Shown: one piece after another, positions 22,424 through 32,525 of the stretch
How the letters are laid out: every line of letters begins with the position of its first letter
Numbering within the stretch: position 1 is the first letter of the stretch
Assembly (NCBI GenBank): GCA_947631135.1
Contig: CANRKE010000001.1
Location: 8,475 to 72,474 of the forward strand
Direction: 5' to 3'
DNA length: 64,000 bases
Source: an uncultured Bacilli bacterium
GTDB taxonomy: Bacteria > Bacillota_I > Bacilli_A > RF39 > UBA660
Translations under genes and position numbers: made by a program
Notes under the pieces: model-generated
Told to the model about the DNA's origin: nothing
What the model saw: the letters and a program-made list of their open reading frames with translations, nothing else
The model's database searches: none

Positions 22424-22636
22424 TTATTTTTCTTCTGTTTTAAATCCATATTTTTTATTAAATTTTTCAATACGTCCAGCTTTAGTACCTCTGTTTTGTT
22501 TTCCTGTATAGAATGGATGACAATTAGAACATACTTCAATTACCATATTATCTGTTGTAGATTTTACATTAAAAGTTGATCCACAAGCACAAGTAACTGT
22601 ACAATCTTTGTATTCTGGATGAATCCCTTTTTTCAT
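22424..22636 (-). CDS. rpmE: 50S ribosomal protein L31
   Basis: [11 protein letters not shown]-terminus and CxxC...CxxC; the longer track ORF start is not supported. Confidence 0.9.
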   Translation of the reverse strand: MKKGIHPEYKDCTVTCACGSTFNVKSTTDNMVIEVCSNCHPFYTGKQNRGTKAGRIEKFNKKYGFKTEEK

Positions 22637-22696
22637 ATTAATATCTCTCCTTCCGCCATGACTAATTTTTAGCCATAGAAATTCCATTGCGTTACT

Positions 22697-22725
22697 ATTG
22701 TAACAATAAATAATGATTTTGACAA
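22697..22725 (-). promoter_or_regulatory. Sigma-A-type promoter for rpmE
   Basis: Minus strand TTGTCA-17 nt-TACAAT. Confidence 0.4.
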
Positions 22726-22757
22726 GCAAATATTTGATTTTTTTCTTATTTTTTGCA

Positions 22758-23492
22758 TTATTTTATCTTATCAATGATTAAATTCGCTATTTGTTTATAA
22801 CCTTCTGTTGATGGATGTATATCTTTATAATTAGGAAGAAATCCAGGATTTTCTATAAATACTTCATATATATTAACGTATTCAGCATCATATTTAAGTG
22901 CTAATTTTTCCATATAATCATTAATATATACAAATGATTGTGATAAATCTCTTACATTTTCACTAGATCTATTTATATATGGATTATAATATCCAATTAA
23001 TATTAGTTTACCTTTAAAATATTTAGTTAATTCATCTAATAACTCATCATAGTCTTTAATAACTTCATCAATATATTTATTTATTTCATCTGTGTCAGTA
23101 TCTAATATATTATTATCTGTTTTATAAAATATATCATTACTTCCTATTGATAGTGTAACTAAATTACTTCTTCTTAATATAGTTTTAATTCCCTCATGAT
23201 TTTTACCTATCTTTATTTTTTTATTTAGTGTTATATCATTAAGTACATCAGTTATTCTGTAACCTTCTTGTGCAAAATCTTTTGTATAAAATTTTAATTT
23301 ATTATTATCTTCTAAATAATCTTTAACATAATCAGAATATCCATATCCAATACTTTTATATGGTGTTTTACCAAGAGCTAATGAATCTCCTAATGAAATA
23401 TATATTAATTTATTACTTTTAAATAGACAATACATTATAAATATAATAATACATAAAAAGAAAAAGAATATTATTTTTTTTAGTTTTTTCAT
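22758..23492 (-). CDS. SGNH/GDSL-family lipase/acylhydrolase, membrane-anchored
   Basis: N-terminal TM helix followed by the [10 protein letters not shown] block I motif. Confidence 0.7.
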   Translation of the reverse strand: MKKLKKIIFFFFLCIIIFIMYCLFKSNKLIYISLGDSLALGKTPYKSIGYGYSDYVKDYLEDNNKLKFYTKDFAQEGYRITDVLNDITLNKKIKIGKNHEGIKTILRRSNLVTLSIGSNDIFYKTDNNILDTDTDEINKYIDEVIKDYDELLDELTKYFKGKLILIGYYNPYINRSSENVRDLSQSFVYINDYMEKLALKYDAEYVNIYEVFIENPGFLPNYKDIHPSTEGYKQIANLIIDKIK

Positions 23493-23537
23493 AAATTATC
23501 ACTCCAATAAAAAAAGTAAAGAATAAACTTTACTTAA

Positions 23538-24806
23538 TTATATTTCTTCTAAACTTATTTTAGCACCTACATTACTTAATTTATCTATAATTTTTTCATA
23601 TCCTCTCAATATGTGTTCTACGTTTTCAATTGTTGTTGTTCCTTTAGCAATTAATCCTGCTAATATAAGACATGCACCTGCTCTTAAATCTGTTGCAACA
23701 ACCTTTTTACCAATTAATGGAGTAGGTCCTTTTATTAAAGCAACTTTATCATTAACTGTAATATTAGCTCCCATTTTGTTTAAATACTCAACATTCATAA
23801 ATCTATTTTCCCAAACTGTTTCTTCAACTGAACTAGTACCTTTACATTGTGTTAAAAGTGTAGTTAATGGTTGTTGTAAGTCAGTAGGAAATCCTGGATA
23901 AACTAAAGTTTTTATATTTGCACTTTTTAATTTATCACATTTACTTACTATTACATAATCACTACCTATTTCTATTGGTACACCTATTTCTGATAATTTA
24001 GATGTTAATGATTCAACATGATCGGGTATAATATTATTTATTTTTAATTTATCACCCATTAAAGCTCCAGCTATTATATATGTACCAGCTTCTATTCTGT
24101 CAGGTATAACTTCATGGAATGAACTTTTTAATTTTTTTACACCTTCAATTTTTATTTCACTAGTACCAGCACCTGTTATTTTCGCACCCATTGTATTTAG
24201 GAAAGTTGCTACATTAACTATCTCTGGTTCTTTAGCTGCGTTTTCTATAATTGTTGTACCATTTGCAAGTGTTCCTGCTAACATTATATTTATTGTTGCT
24301 CCTACACTTGCTATATCTAAATAAATATTTGTTCCTTTTAATTCATCTGCTTCTACAATATATTTGTTTCCATCAACTGATACTTTTGCTCCTAATCTTT
24401 CAAATCCTTTTAAATGTAGATTAATAGGTCTTTCTCCTATTTTGCACCCACCAGGAAAATACATTTCTACTTTTTTATATTTAGAAAGTAAAGCTCCCAT
24501 AAAATAGTAAGATGCTCTTAATTTCTTTGATATTTCCTCAGGTATTTCTTTATTTTCTATTCCTGTAGAATCAATAGTCATCGTATCTTCACTAAGATTA
24601 ACTTTTGCACCTAAATACTCTAAAATTTCTATTAAAGAAGTTCTATCTGATATTTGTGGTACATTAAAGATTGTAGCAGTTCCACTACATAATATAGCCG
24701 CAGGTATTAATGCAACCGCACTATTTTTAGCTCCCCCTATGTTAATTGTTCCAGAAAGTGTATGGCCTCCCTCAACTATTATTTTTTTCAATTTTATCAA
24801 CTCCAA
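23538..24806 (-). CDS. murA: UDP-N-acetylglucosamine 1-carboxyvinyltransferase
   Basis: Strong homology along its length (KNSAVALIPA, catalytic Cys region). Confidence 0.9.
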   Translation of the reverse strand: MELIKLKKIIVEGGHTLSGTINIGGAKNSAVALIPAAILCSGTATIFNVPQISDRTSLIEILEYLGAKVNLSEDTMTIDSTGIENKEIPEEISKKLRASYYFMGALLSKYKKVEMYFPGGCKIGERPINLHLKGFERLGAKVSVDGNKYIVEADELKGTNIYLDIASVGATINIMLAGTLANGTTIIENAAKEPEIVNVATFLNTMGAKITGAGTSEIKIEGVKKLKSSFHEVIPDRIEAGTYIIAGALMGDKLKINNIIPDHVESLTSKLSEIGVPIEIGSDYVIVSKCDKLKSANIKTLVYPGFPTDLQQPLTTLLTQCKGTSSVEETVWENRFMNVEYLNKMGANITVNDKVALIKGPTPLIGKKVVATDLRAGACLILAGLIAKGTTTIENVEHILRGYEKIIDKLSNVGAKISLEEI

Positions 24807-25033
24807 TTAAATTATAACATATAAAGTTCTAATTCTATTATATTTATATTATATTTTTGTCTTTTTGACATTAAATAATTAATAATTTATATATTATTAT
24901 AAAATTGAAATTTTTTCAATAACTTTTAATTATTATTTTCATAATTATTATGCGTTTTATGAAGAATTGTGATTATCTATAAAATGATAAAATTTGAATT
25001 GAAATATTTTGATAGTAATATATTTATTAAACA

Positions 25034-25822
25034 TCATCTGAATGTTATTATTCCTTGATCTAGTAATATATACGAAATAAATGAAAGAAGTGTATAGTTA
25101 TTATTTTCTTTATAAATTTTTTCTTCTTTTTCAAATACATCTATATTTATATTTTTTATATCATCTATATTAAAATTATCAATTCCTAAATTTTTTAATT
25201 GCTTAATCATTTCTAATGTAGCTCTTTGAATTTTATATTTATCTATTAAATTAATATTATAATTATTGGATTTGACATAATTTTTTATATTTTCATTAAC
25301 AATTTTTTTATCTTTTTCAAAACATGATATAGTATAAGCTTCAGTACATGGGTAGCTCAATAATAATCCATTTTCAAATTCATCATTACAATATGAATTA
25401 TTTAATTTTTTTAATAATTTTCTTACTATATTTACTTTATTTGATTTATTATCTCTATCACAAATATAATACACAGGAATATTTTTGATATCTAATGAAT
25501 ATTTTTCATAAAGCATTTTATATAATTCATTTCTATATTTATCATCATCTATAATTGAACCAATGTTTGAATTTTTAGTATTTATTATTATAACCCTCTG
25601 ATTATTATTATCTTTTATAACAAATTCATTATATTCTTTAAATTCATTTTGATTTCTACTTTTAGTAACTAATTTATAATGTAGTAATTTTCTAAATATT
25701 TGATTGAATAAAGAAAATTCATAACTAGCCCCCTCAACAACTAAAACAATTGTATTAATTTTCTTCTTTATGTTAATCTTTAAAGATTTTATTGTATCTT
25801 GGAATTCCATCAAATACTCCAT
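25034..25822 (-). CDS. TOPRIM-like (RloB/AbiLii/AriB-like) protein, partner of the upstream ATPase
   Basis: N-terminal IVLVVEGASYE (conserved Toprim Glu) and downstream YYICDRDNK (DxD). Overlaps the ATPase gene by ~50 nt (operon). Confidence 0.5.
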   Translation of the reverse strand: MEYLMEFQDTIKSLKINIKKKINTIVLVVEGASYEFSLFNQIFRKLLHYKLVTKSRNQNEFKEYNEFVIKDNNNQRVIIINTKNSNIGSIIDDDKYRNELYKMLYEKYSLDIKNIPVYYICDRDNKSNKVNIVRKLLKKLNNSYCNDEFENGLLLSYPCTEAYTISCFEKDKKIVNENIKNYVKSNNYNINLIDKYKIQRATLEMIKQLKNLGIDNFNIDDIKNINIDVFEKEEKIYKENNNYTLLSFISYILLDQGIITFR

Positions 25823-26924
25823 TTAAATACATTTTTTGAGTATTTTGTGCTTCTCTAGGCATTTCATCTGAAAATCTTTTTAGTGTACTACCTTTTTTTC
25901 CTTTAAAAGATACAGAGTATACTTGATCAGGTCTAATTATTGTATTATTTAATATGTTAGTTGAATGAGATGTAAAAAATATTTGAGAATTATTTGAATA
26001 ATGATTAAAATATTTAATAAGACACTCTTCTAGTTCGTTATGAAAACCACTACTAAACTCATCTAGAATAATCATACAATCTTTTTTTATTGCATGAAGA
26101 AATATAGGTAAAAGATTAATTAGGGTATTATTTCCAATGGATTCAAAAACTTCTGGTATATAAATATCAGTACCTTCCTTTAAGAAAGAAATAAATTTAT
26201 TATCCTTTGATTGAGCATTAAAAGATTCATTTTTATTTGGTGTTTTTGAATCATATGCAATCTTTTGTTTATAATTTATTTTATCAAAAAAATTATTTAT
26301 TTCGTCAGTACCTATTTCTTCTAAATATTCGTGTGCTAAAAGTTTATTATTATTGTAATTAAAAATTTGTCTTGTATAGCAATTTATGTATATAGAATTT
26401 TTTAAAAATTCAAACCATTTAAGTAATAATTTATCATCATAAAAATGTGTATCAAAATATATTCTTCTTAAGAACAACAATTTATCCGATAAATTATCAA
26501 AATTCTTTTTTTCATCATAATTAAACTCTGCACTATTTCCAACTCTATTAATTATTGTTTTATTATTAAATGTTAATTTTTCTTTTGTAATTTTATTAAT
26601 TGTAAATTCTATTTCATAATCTATATTTGCATCATCAACAATGAAAAAATATTTTAAACTATAATTTTCTTTTTTTGTATAAAAACTTTTATTATACATA
26701 AAATTTATCTCATTATTACTAAATAATAGATCTAAAAGAAAAGTAATTGCTTTTAAAATTTGAGTTTTCCCTGATGCATTTTCTCCTACAAAAAGAGCTC
26801 CTTTTAAAATTCTATTTGCACCTACATTTTCTTTTTCTAGAAATTTATAATTTGTTGCTGAAAAATCAATTTCTGTTTCATTAATGAAAGTTGTAAAATT
26901 ATTTAAAATTATTTTTTCTAACAT
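25773..26924 (-). CDS. AAA_21/ABC-type ATPase (OLD-family-like; AbiLi/AriA-like)
   Basis: Walker A GENASGKTQILKAI; Walker B MIILDEFSSGFH; H-loop-like FFTSHS. Confidence 0.65.
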   Translation of the reverse strand: MLEKIILNNFTTFINETEIDFSATNYKFLEKENVGANRILKGALFVGENASGKTQILKAITFLLDLLFSNNEINFMYNKSFYTKKENYSLKYFFIVDDANIDYEIEFTINKITKEKLTFNNKTIINRVGNSAEFNYDEKKNFDNLSDKLLFLRRIYFDTHFYDDKLLLKWFEFLKNSIYINCYTRQIFNYNNNKLLAHEYLEEIGTDEINNFFDKINYKQKIAYDSKTPNKNESFNAQSKDNKFISFLKEGTDIYIPEVFESIGNNTLINLLPIFLHAIKKDCMIILDEFSSGFHNELEECLIKYFNHYSNNSQIFFTSHSTNILNNTIIRPDQVYSVSFKGKKGSTLKRFSDEMPREAQNTQKMYLNGVFDGIPRYNKIFKD

Positions 26925-26947
26925 TTTATCTCCTCCTTAATAACATT

Positions 26948-27019
26948 ATAACACATTAATGTAAAAAAATTACATTTATAATTAAAAAAATGTAATTTTT
27001 TTACACCAACATGTGTTAT
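26948..27019. terminator. Large imperfect palindrome (~30-nt arms): likely bidirectional terminator or operator
   Basis: ATAACACATTAATGTAAAAAAATTACATTT ... AAATGTAATTTTTTTACACCAACATGTGTTAT; lies between the mntP 3' end and the ATPase gene start. Confidence 0.4.
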
Positions 27020-27043
27020 GCGATTTAATAATAGTAATTATTT

Positions 27044-27580
27044 TTATTTTATAAAAAAGTATATACCTAATAAAATTAATACAATTCCTCCAATTATTCC
27101 TGCTGTTCTTCCATATTTATCTGATAATTTATTGCCTAACTTAACTCCCATATAGGTGAACAAAAAACTACATACGCTAAATGATGAGAGAGCAAATAAA
27201 ATATTATCTGTCATTAAATTTAATCCTAATCCTGTAGAAAATGAATCTAAACTAACAGAAAAAGCAAATAGTAACATACCACCAAAACTTAATAAAAATC
27301 TTTTTTCTTCATTTTTTATTGAACTTATAATCATATCAATACCAATTATAGATAATATCATAAGTAGTATATATTTACTATCTACTATTATATGTTCTAT
27401 TATTACATTTCCTATATTAAGACCTATAAATGGCATTATAAAATGAAATATACCAACAATAATTGATAATGTATAAACTTGTTTTTTTGTAACATTCATA
27501 GTACCAAAACATAGTGATAATGAAAAAGTATCCATCGATAAAGAAACAGCTAATAATAAAATTGTTAGTAACTCTTGCAT
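27044..27580 (-). CDS. mntP: Manganese efflux pump MntP family (DUF204)
   Basis: Multi-TM protein with LSMDTFSLSL motif; start at MQELLT. Confidence 0.6.
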   Translation of the reverse strand: MQELLTILLLAVSLSMDTFSLSLCFGTMNVTKKQVYTLSIIVGIFHFIMPFIGLNIGNVIIEHIIVDSKYILLMILSIIGIDMIISSIKNEEKRFLLSFGGMLLFAFSVSLDSFSTGLGLNLMTDNILFALSSFSVCSFLFTYMGVKLGNKLSDKYGRTAGIIGGIVLILLGIYFFIK

Positions 27581-27626
27581 ATAAGTGCCTCCTAACAAAT
27601 TTTATTATTAAATTCTAAAATTTATA

Positions 27627-28154
27627 CTAAAAATATTTTTCAATAAGTTCCTTAGTAAAAAACTTATATTCTACTTCATCACTTTCTTCTGCTTCAATTA
27701 AGCATAATGGTGGGAATAATACACACCAAAAGTTTTCACCTTCACCTTTTCCTATTGTTATTTTTAATGATTCATAATTTCCCTTATTATATTTAACTCC
27801 CTTATATGTTTTCTCAGGAAAATAATTATAGCCATAATTTATTTTATATGTACTTACATATTCTTTTTCAGCAAATATTCTTTCAACACTTTTATTTAAA
27901 ACATCAATATTATCTTTTATAATTTGTCTAGATTCTGTAATTGATTTACTATCTTTAAGTAATTCATATAAACTTTTTTGAACTTCGTTTGATACACTAT
28001 ATTTTACGTTTTGATCATAAGCAGAATTACTGTTTGCAATTACTCTAAACCTTATTGCTTCTTTTGGTATTACTACCTCTCCTGCTTCTACATTTTTATT
28101 TATTCCAAATATAATTAATAAACATATTGGAATTAGTATAAATAATTTTTTCAT
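27627..28154 (-). CDS. spoIIR: Stage II sporulation protein R
   Basis: Signal peptide; IRFRVIANSNS and GEGENFWCVLFPPLCL match B. subtilis SpoIIR (IRLRILANSDS; GDGANWWCVLFPPLCF). Confidence 0.8.
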   Translation of the reverse strand: MKKLFILIPICLLIIFGINKNVEAGEVVIPKEAIRFRVIANSNSAYDQNVKYSVSNEVQKSLYELLKDSKSITESRQIIKDNIDVLNKSVERIFAEKEYVSTYKINYGYNYFPEKTYKGVKYNKGNYESLKITIGKGEGENFWCVLFPPLCLIEAEESDEVEYKFFTKELIEKYF

Positions 28155-28208
28155 ATAAATACACTAACCTTTCTCTTACAATATAATATTGGTTAGTGTA
28201 TATAATTT

Positions 28209-28931
28209 TTATTCACAATTATTAAAAATAAATATAAATCTATCTTTTTTTTCCATATCTTTTTTAGTTATTATATGACTATTAGGAAAATATTTAAGAG
28301 CTATTTTTTTTACTTCATCTTTTTGTTTATAACCTATTTCAAAAGCTATTAAACTTTTTCTATTAAGTATTCTACTAGCTTTTTTCAGTATTTCTTCATA
28401 ATAATATAATCCATTATTGTCTGCATAAAGAGCAAGGTGTGGTTCATTATTTTTAACTATATCCATTATTTCTTTATCATCGTGTGAAATGTATGGAGGA
28501 TTACTTATTAATATATCAACTTTACCATTAAATTTATCAAATAGATTACAATTGATAAATTCTATTTCTGCATTATTTCTTTTAGCATTTTTCATTGCTA
28601 CTTCAATTGCTTCTTTACTAATATCAGTTGCATATACCCTAGATATTATTTCTTTTTTTAGTGTAATTGCTATACAGCCACTGCCAGTTCCTACATCTAT
28701 TATTATAGGATTATTAAAGTATTTATTTGCAAATAATATAGTATATGATACTAGTTCTTCAGTTTCAAATCTTGGAATTAATACATTTTTATTTACAATG
28801 AAATTGTAATTATAAAAATCTACGTTTCCTACAATATATTGTACTGGTTCTCCACTTTTAAGACGTATATAAGCATTTTCAAGTTGATTTTTATCTTCTA
28901 TATATTTTTCTAGATATTCTTTTGCTTCCAT
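28209..28931 (-). CDS. prmC: Release factor glutamine N5-methyltransferase
   Basis: DVGTGSGCIA and NPPY motifs; adjacent to prfA. Confidence 0.85.
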   Translation of the reverse strand: MEAKEYLEKYIEDKNQLENAYIRLKSGEPVQYIVGNVDFYNYNFIVNKNVLIPRFETEELVSYTILFANKYFNNPIIIDVGTGSGCIAITLKKEIISRVYATDISKEAIEVAMKNAKRNNAEIEFINCNLFDKFNGKVDILISNPPYISHDDKEIMDIVKNNEPHLALYADNNGLYYYEEILKKASRILNRKSLIAFEIGYKQKDEVKKIALKYFPNSHIITKKDMEKKDRFIFIFNNCE

Positions 28932-28936
28932 ATTTA

Positions 28937-29992
28937 TTAATTTCCACTTAATTTTCTTTTTTGATCTTCTGTTATTAAGGCATCAATAACTTTATCAATA
29001 TCTCCTTGCATTATTCTATCTAATGTATTAAGTGTAAATCCTATTCTGTGATCTGTTACTCTATTTTGTGGATAATTATATGTTCTTATTTTTTCTGATC
29101 TATCACCAGTTCCTATTTTACTTCTTCTTTCATCACCAAGTTCTTTATCTCTTTCTTGTTGTTTTAAATCATATAATCTTGCTTGTAATATTTTTATTGC
29201 TTTTTCTTTATTTTTTATTTGACTTCTTTCAGTTTGTGAATATACAACTATCCCTGTTGGAATATGAGTAAGTCTTACTGCTGAATCTGTTGTATTAACT
29301 CCTTGTCCACCACAACCACTACTTCTAGTTATATCTATTCTTACATCATTCATATCAAGATCTGCATCTACTTCTTCTACTTCGGGCATAACTAGTACGG
29401 TTGCTGTTGAAGTATGTACTCTTCCTTGTGTTTCTGTTGAAGGTACTCTTTGTACTCTGTGTGCTCCACTTTCATATTTTAATTTTGAGTATACATTGTC
29501 CCCTTTAACCATAAAACTAATTTGAGAGTAACCACCTGCAGGTGAATGTTCTTCTTCAATTATATCTATTTTCCAGTTTTCTTTTTCTGCTAATTTTTTG
29601 TACATATCAAATAAATCACCAGCAAATATGTTTGCTTCATCTCCACCAGCTGCACCTCTTATTTCTACTATAACGTTCTTATCATCATTTGGATCTTTTG
29701 GAATTAGTAATATTTCTAAGTTTTGTTCTATTTTTGTTTTTTCTGCATTTAATTTTTCTAATTCTTCTTTTCCTAATGATGCTAAGTCATCATCTTTTAA
29801 CATTTCTTTTGCAGCTTCTATGTCTTCTAAAACTTGCTTGTATTTATTGTATTCTTCAACTGTTTCTTCTAATCCTGATTGCTCCTTTGATAGTTTTTTT
29901 GATTTTTCTATATCCATAATTATATCTTGATGTGTTAATAATTCGGAAATTTCGTTGTATCTTTTTTCTATTGTATCAAGTCTTTCTATCAT
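28937..29992 (-). CDS. prfA: Peptide chain release factor 1
   Basis: GGQ motif region (SSGCGGQGVNTTDSAVRLTH); RF-1 length. Confidence 0.95.
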   Translation of the reverse strand: MIERLDTIEKRYNEISELLTHQDIIMDIEKSKKLSKEQSGLEETVEEYNKYKQVLEDIEAAKEMLKDDDLASLGKEELEKLNAEKTKIEQNLEILLIPKDPNDDKNVIVEIRGAAGGDEANIFAGDLFDMYKKLAEKENWKIDIIEEEHSPAGGYSQISFMVKGDNVYSKLKYESGAHRVQRVPSTETQGRVHTSTATVLVMPEVEEVDADLDMNDVRIDITRSSGCGGQGVNTTDSAVRLTHIPTGIVVYSQTERSQIKNKEKAIKILQARLYDLKQQERDKELGDERRSKIGTGDRSEKIRTYNYPQNRVTDHRIGFTLNTLDRIMQGDIDKVIDALITEDQKRKLSGN

Positions 29993-30003
29993 AAGACTCC
30001 CTC

Positions 30004-30441
30004 CTATTCTATTTCACTATCATCATCGTCTGATATAACTACTAAATCTTCAATATCATCTTCTTCGTAATCATCATCGCTTTCGTCTGAATAGTCGTCT
30101 TCTTCCTCTTCATCTTTTACTTCATCATCACTATCATCTTCTAAATCAAGTGAATCCATATCTTCATCATCTTCATTTATTTTAATTTTATTAGAATGCT
30201 TTTCTTTAACATCCCAAAATCCTGATGGAAGTGAATAAAATCTTTTATCTGTTGTAAGTGTTGTAAAAAAGTCCCCAATAAGTTCCATCATTTCTTCTTC
30301 ACCAATTTCTAACATTTTACATACCTTTTTAAATAATGTTAGAGTTTTCATTTGTCTATCTTCTTTTTTTAATATTTCATATGCAATATCTGTATATGAT
30401 AATTGTTCCAATTCTTCTTTACTCATTTTAAATATATTCAT
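30004..30441 (-). CDS. rpoE: RNA polymerase delta subunit
   Basis: HARE-HTH N-terminal domain (FFTTLTTDKRFYSLPSGFWDVK, cf. B. subtilis [22 protein letters not shown]) plus a poly-acidic C-terminal tail. Confidence 0.8.
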   Translation of the reverse strand: MNIFKMSKEELEQLSYTDIAYEILKKEDRQMKTLTLFKKVCKMLEIGEEEMMELIGDFFTTLTTDKRFYSLPSGFWDVKEKHSNKIKINEDDEDMDSLDLEDDSDDEVKDEEEEDDYSDESDDDYEEDDIEDLVVISDDDDSEIE

Positions 30442-30452
30442 TTCTATTCCTC

Positions 30453-32060
30453 CTACATTTTATTTGGTGCACTAACACCTATTAAATTAAGTGCATCTTC
30501 AAGTATTATATTTATCGCACTTAGAAGTGTTATTCTTTCACTAGAATATTCATAATCTTCTGTAATTATTTTTTCTTGTGCGTAATAACTGTGAAATAAA
30601 CTTGCTAGTTCATATATATAATTTGTTATCATATGAGGTAATCTTTTTTCTGCACTTACTTTTATTGTTTCCTTATAATAATATAGCTTTTTCATGATAT
30701 AATATGCGTAAGTATTATCAATAGTTCTAAAAGTTTTTGATAGTCCAATATTTTTTTCTTTAGCACTTTTAAGTATTGAGCATATTCTTGCATGTGCATA
30801 TTGTATATAATATACTGGATTCTCATTATTTTTTTGTGTTGCTACATCTACATCTATATCCATTTGTGTATCTAAACTTTTAGTAACATAAAAATATCTT
30901 AAAGCATCTTTGCCTATCATTTTTTCTAAATCTTTAATAGTAATTGAATTACCTGTTCTTTTACTCATTTTAAATTCTTTACCATCTTTTATTAACCTAA
31001 CCATTTGTAATATTTTTATTTCTAGTTTTTCACTTTTATTATTTAATATTTCCATACTAGATTTTAATCTATTAATGTATCCATGATGATCAGAACCTAA
31101 AACATCAATTATTATATCATATCCTCTTTGATATTTATCATTATGATATGCTATATCTGGTAAAAAATATGTATATGTTCCATCTGTTTTTATTAAAACT
31201 CTATCTTTGTCATCATAATAATCAGTTGTCTTTAGAAAAAGTGCTCCCTCTTTTTCATATGTTTTATTACTATTTTTTAATATATTTAATACATTATCTA
31301 TTTTATTAGCATCATATAATGATTGTTCACTAGTCCATACATCAAATTCTATATTGATATCTTTTAAATCTTTCTTTATTTTATTTAATAATATATTTAA
31401 TCCCTCTTTTTTAAAATAATTTATATCTCTATCTAATAATGTATCATTATATTTTTCTTTTAATTGTTGTGCTATTTCTATTATTTCTTTTCCATGATAT
31501 CCGTCTTCTGGTAAATTACTATCAAGACCAAGTAATTCTTTATATCTTTCTTTTATAGATATACCTAGATTATTCATTTGATTTCCTGCATCATTTATAT
31601 AATATTCACGAGTTACATCATATCCAGCTTTCTTCATTATATTTGCAAGACTTGATCCATAGCACGCCCCTCTTGCATGTCCTAAATGTAATATTCCTGT
31701 TGGATTTGCACTTACATATTCTAAATTTACTTTAATATTGTTTTTATCCATTTTAGCATAATTCTCTTTTTTATCTATAATTTCTAATATATTATTATAT
31801 AGATAATCTTTTTTTAGAAAAAAGTTGATAAATCCAGGTGGAGCTATTTCTATTTTTTCTATGTTTTCATCAATTATACTTTCTTTTAATGTTTGGGCAA
31901 TATCCATTGGATTTTTTCCTAACACTTTTGATTTTTTTAAGCATATATTGCTAGAATAATCTCCGTTTTTATCATTTGCTGGTACTTCTAAATTAACTTC
32001 ATCTATGTTTAATGAAAGTATTTTAGCAATTTTTTCTTTTATTATTTCCTCTATTTTCAC
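30453..32060 (-). CDS. argS: Arginine--tRNA ligase
   Basis: HLGH variant of the HIGH motif, KMSK-like MSKR, DALR-type anticodon-binding C-terminus. Confidence 0.95.
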   Translation of the reverse strand: MKIEEIIKEKIAKILSLNIDEVNLEVPANDKNGDYSSNICLKKSKVLGKNPMDIAQTLKESIIDENIEKIEIAPPGFINFFLKKDYLYNNILEIIDKKENYAKMDKNNIKVNLEYVSANPTGILHLGHARGACYGSSLANIMKKAGYDVTREYYINDAGNQMNNLGISIKERYKELLGLDSNLPEDGYHGKEIIEIAQQLKEKYNDTLLDRDINYFKKEGLNILLNKIKKDLKDINIEFDVWTSEQSLYDANKIDNVLNILKNSNKTYEKEGALFLKTTDYYDDKDRVLIKTDGTYTYFLPDIAYHNDKYQRGYDIIIDVLGSDHHGYINRLKSSMEILNNKSEKLEIKILQMVRLIKDGKEFKMSKRTGNSITIKDLEKMIGKDALRYFYVTKSLDTQMDIDVDVATQKNNENPVYYIQYAHARICSILKSAKEKNIGLSKTFRTIDNTYAYYIMKKLYYYKETIKVSAEKRLPHMITNYIYELASLFHSYYAQEKIITEDYEYSSERITLLSAINIILEDALNLIGVSAPNKM

Positions 32061-32422
32061 TCTATCACCTCATATTCTAGATGTAGAATACTTTTACAGT
32101 TTTCAAGCATAAAATTTACATCGATAGTATTATCTTTTATTTTGATACTTTTTGTCAATACATTTATGTAAATTTTTACATTATTTTTAATTATTTTGTA
32201 ATATGACTCATTATTTTTTGCTTTAACAAACACATATTTTAATATTGTTTCTTTATTTTTTTTATTAAATACTAATCTATCTTTATTAATATTAATAATA
32301 AATTCATCATTATTATGTTTATATTTTATTATGTTATTCTTTATTATTCCTTTACTTGATATTTCAATTTTTTCTTTTCCCATACCATTAATAAAATATC
32401 CACTTATATTAATATTTTTCAT
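32057..32422 (-). CDS. DUF1934 (YwiB-like) protein
   Basis: Small beta-rich protein immediately upstream of and overlapping argS, as in Bacilli ywiB-argS. Confidence 0.55.
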   Translation of the reverse strand: MKNINISGYFINGMGKEKIEISSKGIIKNNIIKYKHNNDEFIININKDRLVFNKKNKETILKYVFVKAKNNESYYKIIKNNVKIYINVLTKSIKIKDNTIDVNFMLENCKSILHLEYEVIE

Positions 32423-32525
32423 AAACTTCCCTCATTTGCTGATTAATTATAACACAGCATAAAATTATAATCAATTACTTATAAAAATAATACTCAAAAA
32501 ATTGAGTATCATTTTAAAATTAAAT

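Noticed and set aside
22637-22729. N-terminal extension of the rpmE ORF ([31 protein letters not shown]...)
   Set aside because: L31 begins at the conserved [10 protein letters not shown]. The extension covers the mapped TTGTCA/TACAAT promoter and RBS, so it is not coding.
23611-23901. 96-aa plus-strand ORF inside murA
   Set aside because: Antisense to a conserved essential gene.
27156-29930. Plus-strand ORFs 27156-27446, 28489-28809, 29068-29271, 29598-29930, 29689-29919
   Set aside because: Antisense to mntP, prmC and prfA; low-complexity hydrophobic translations.
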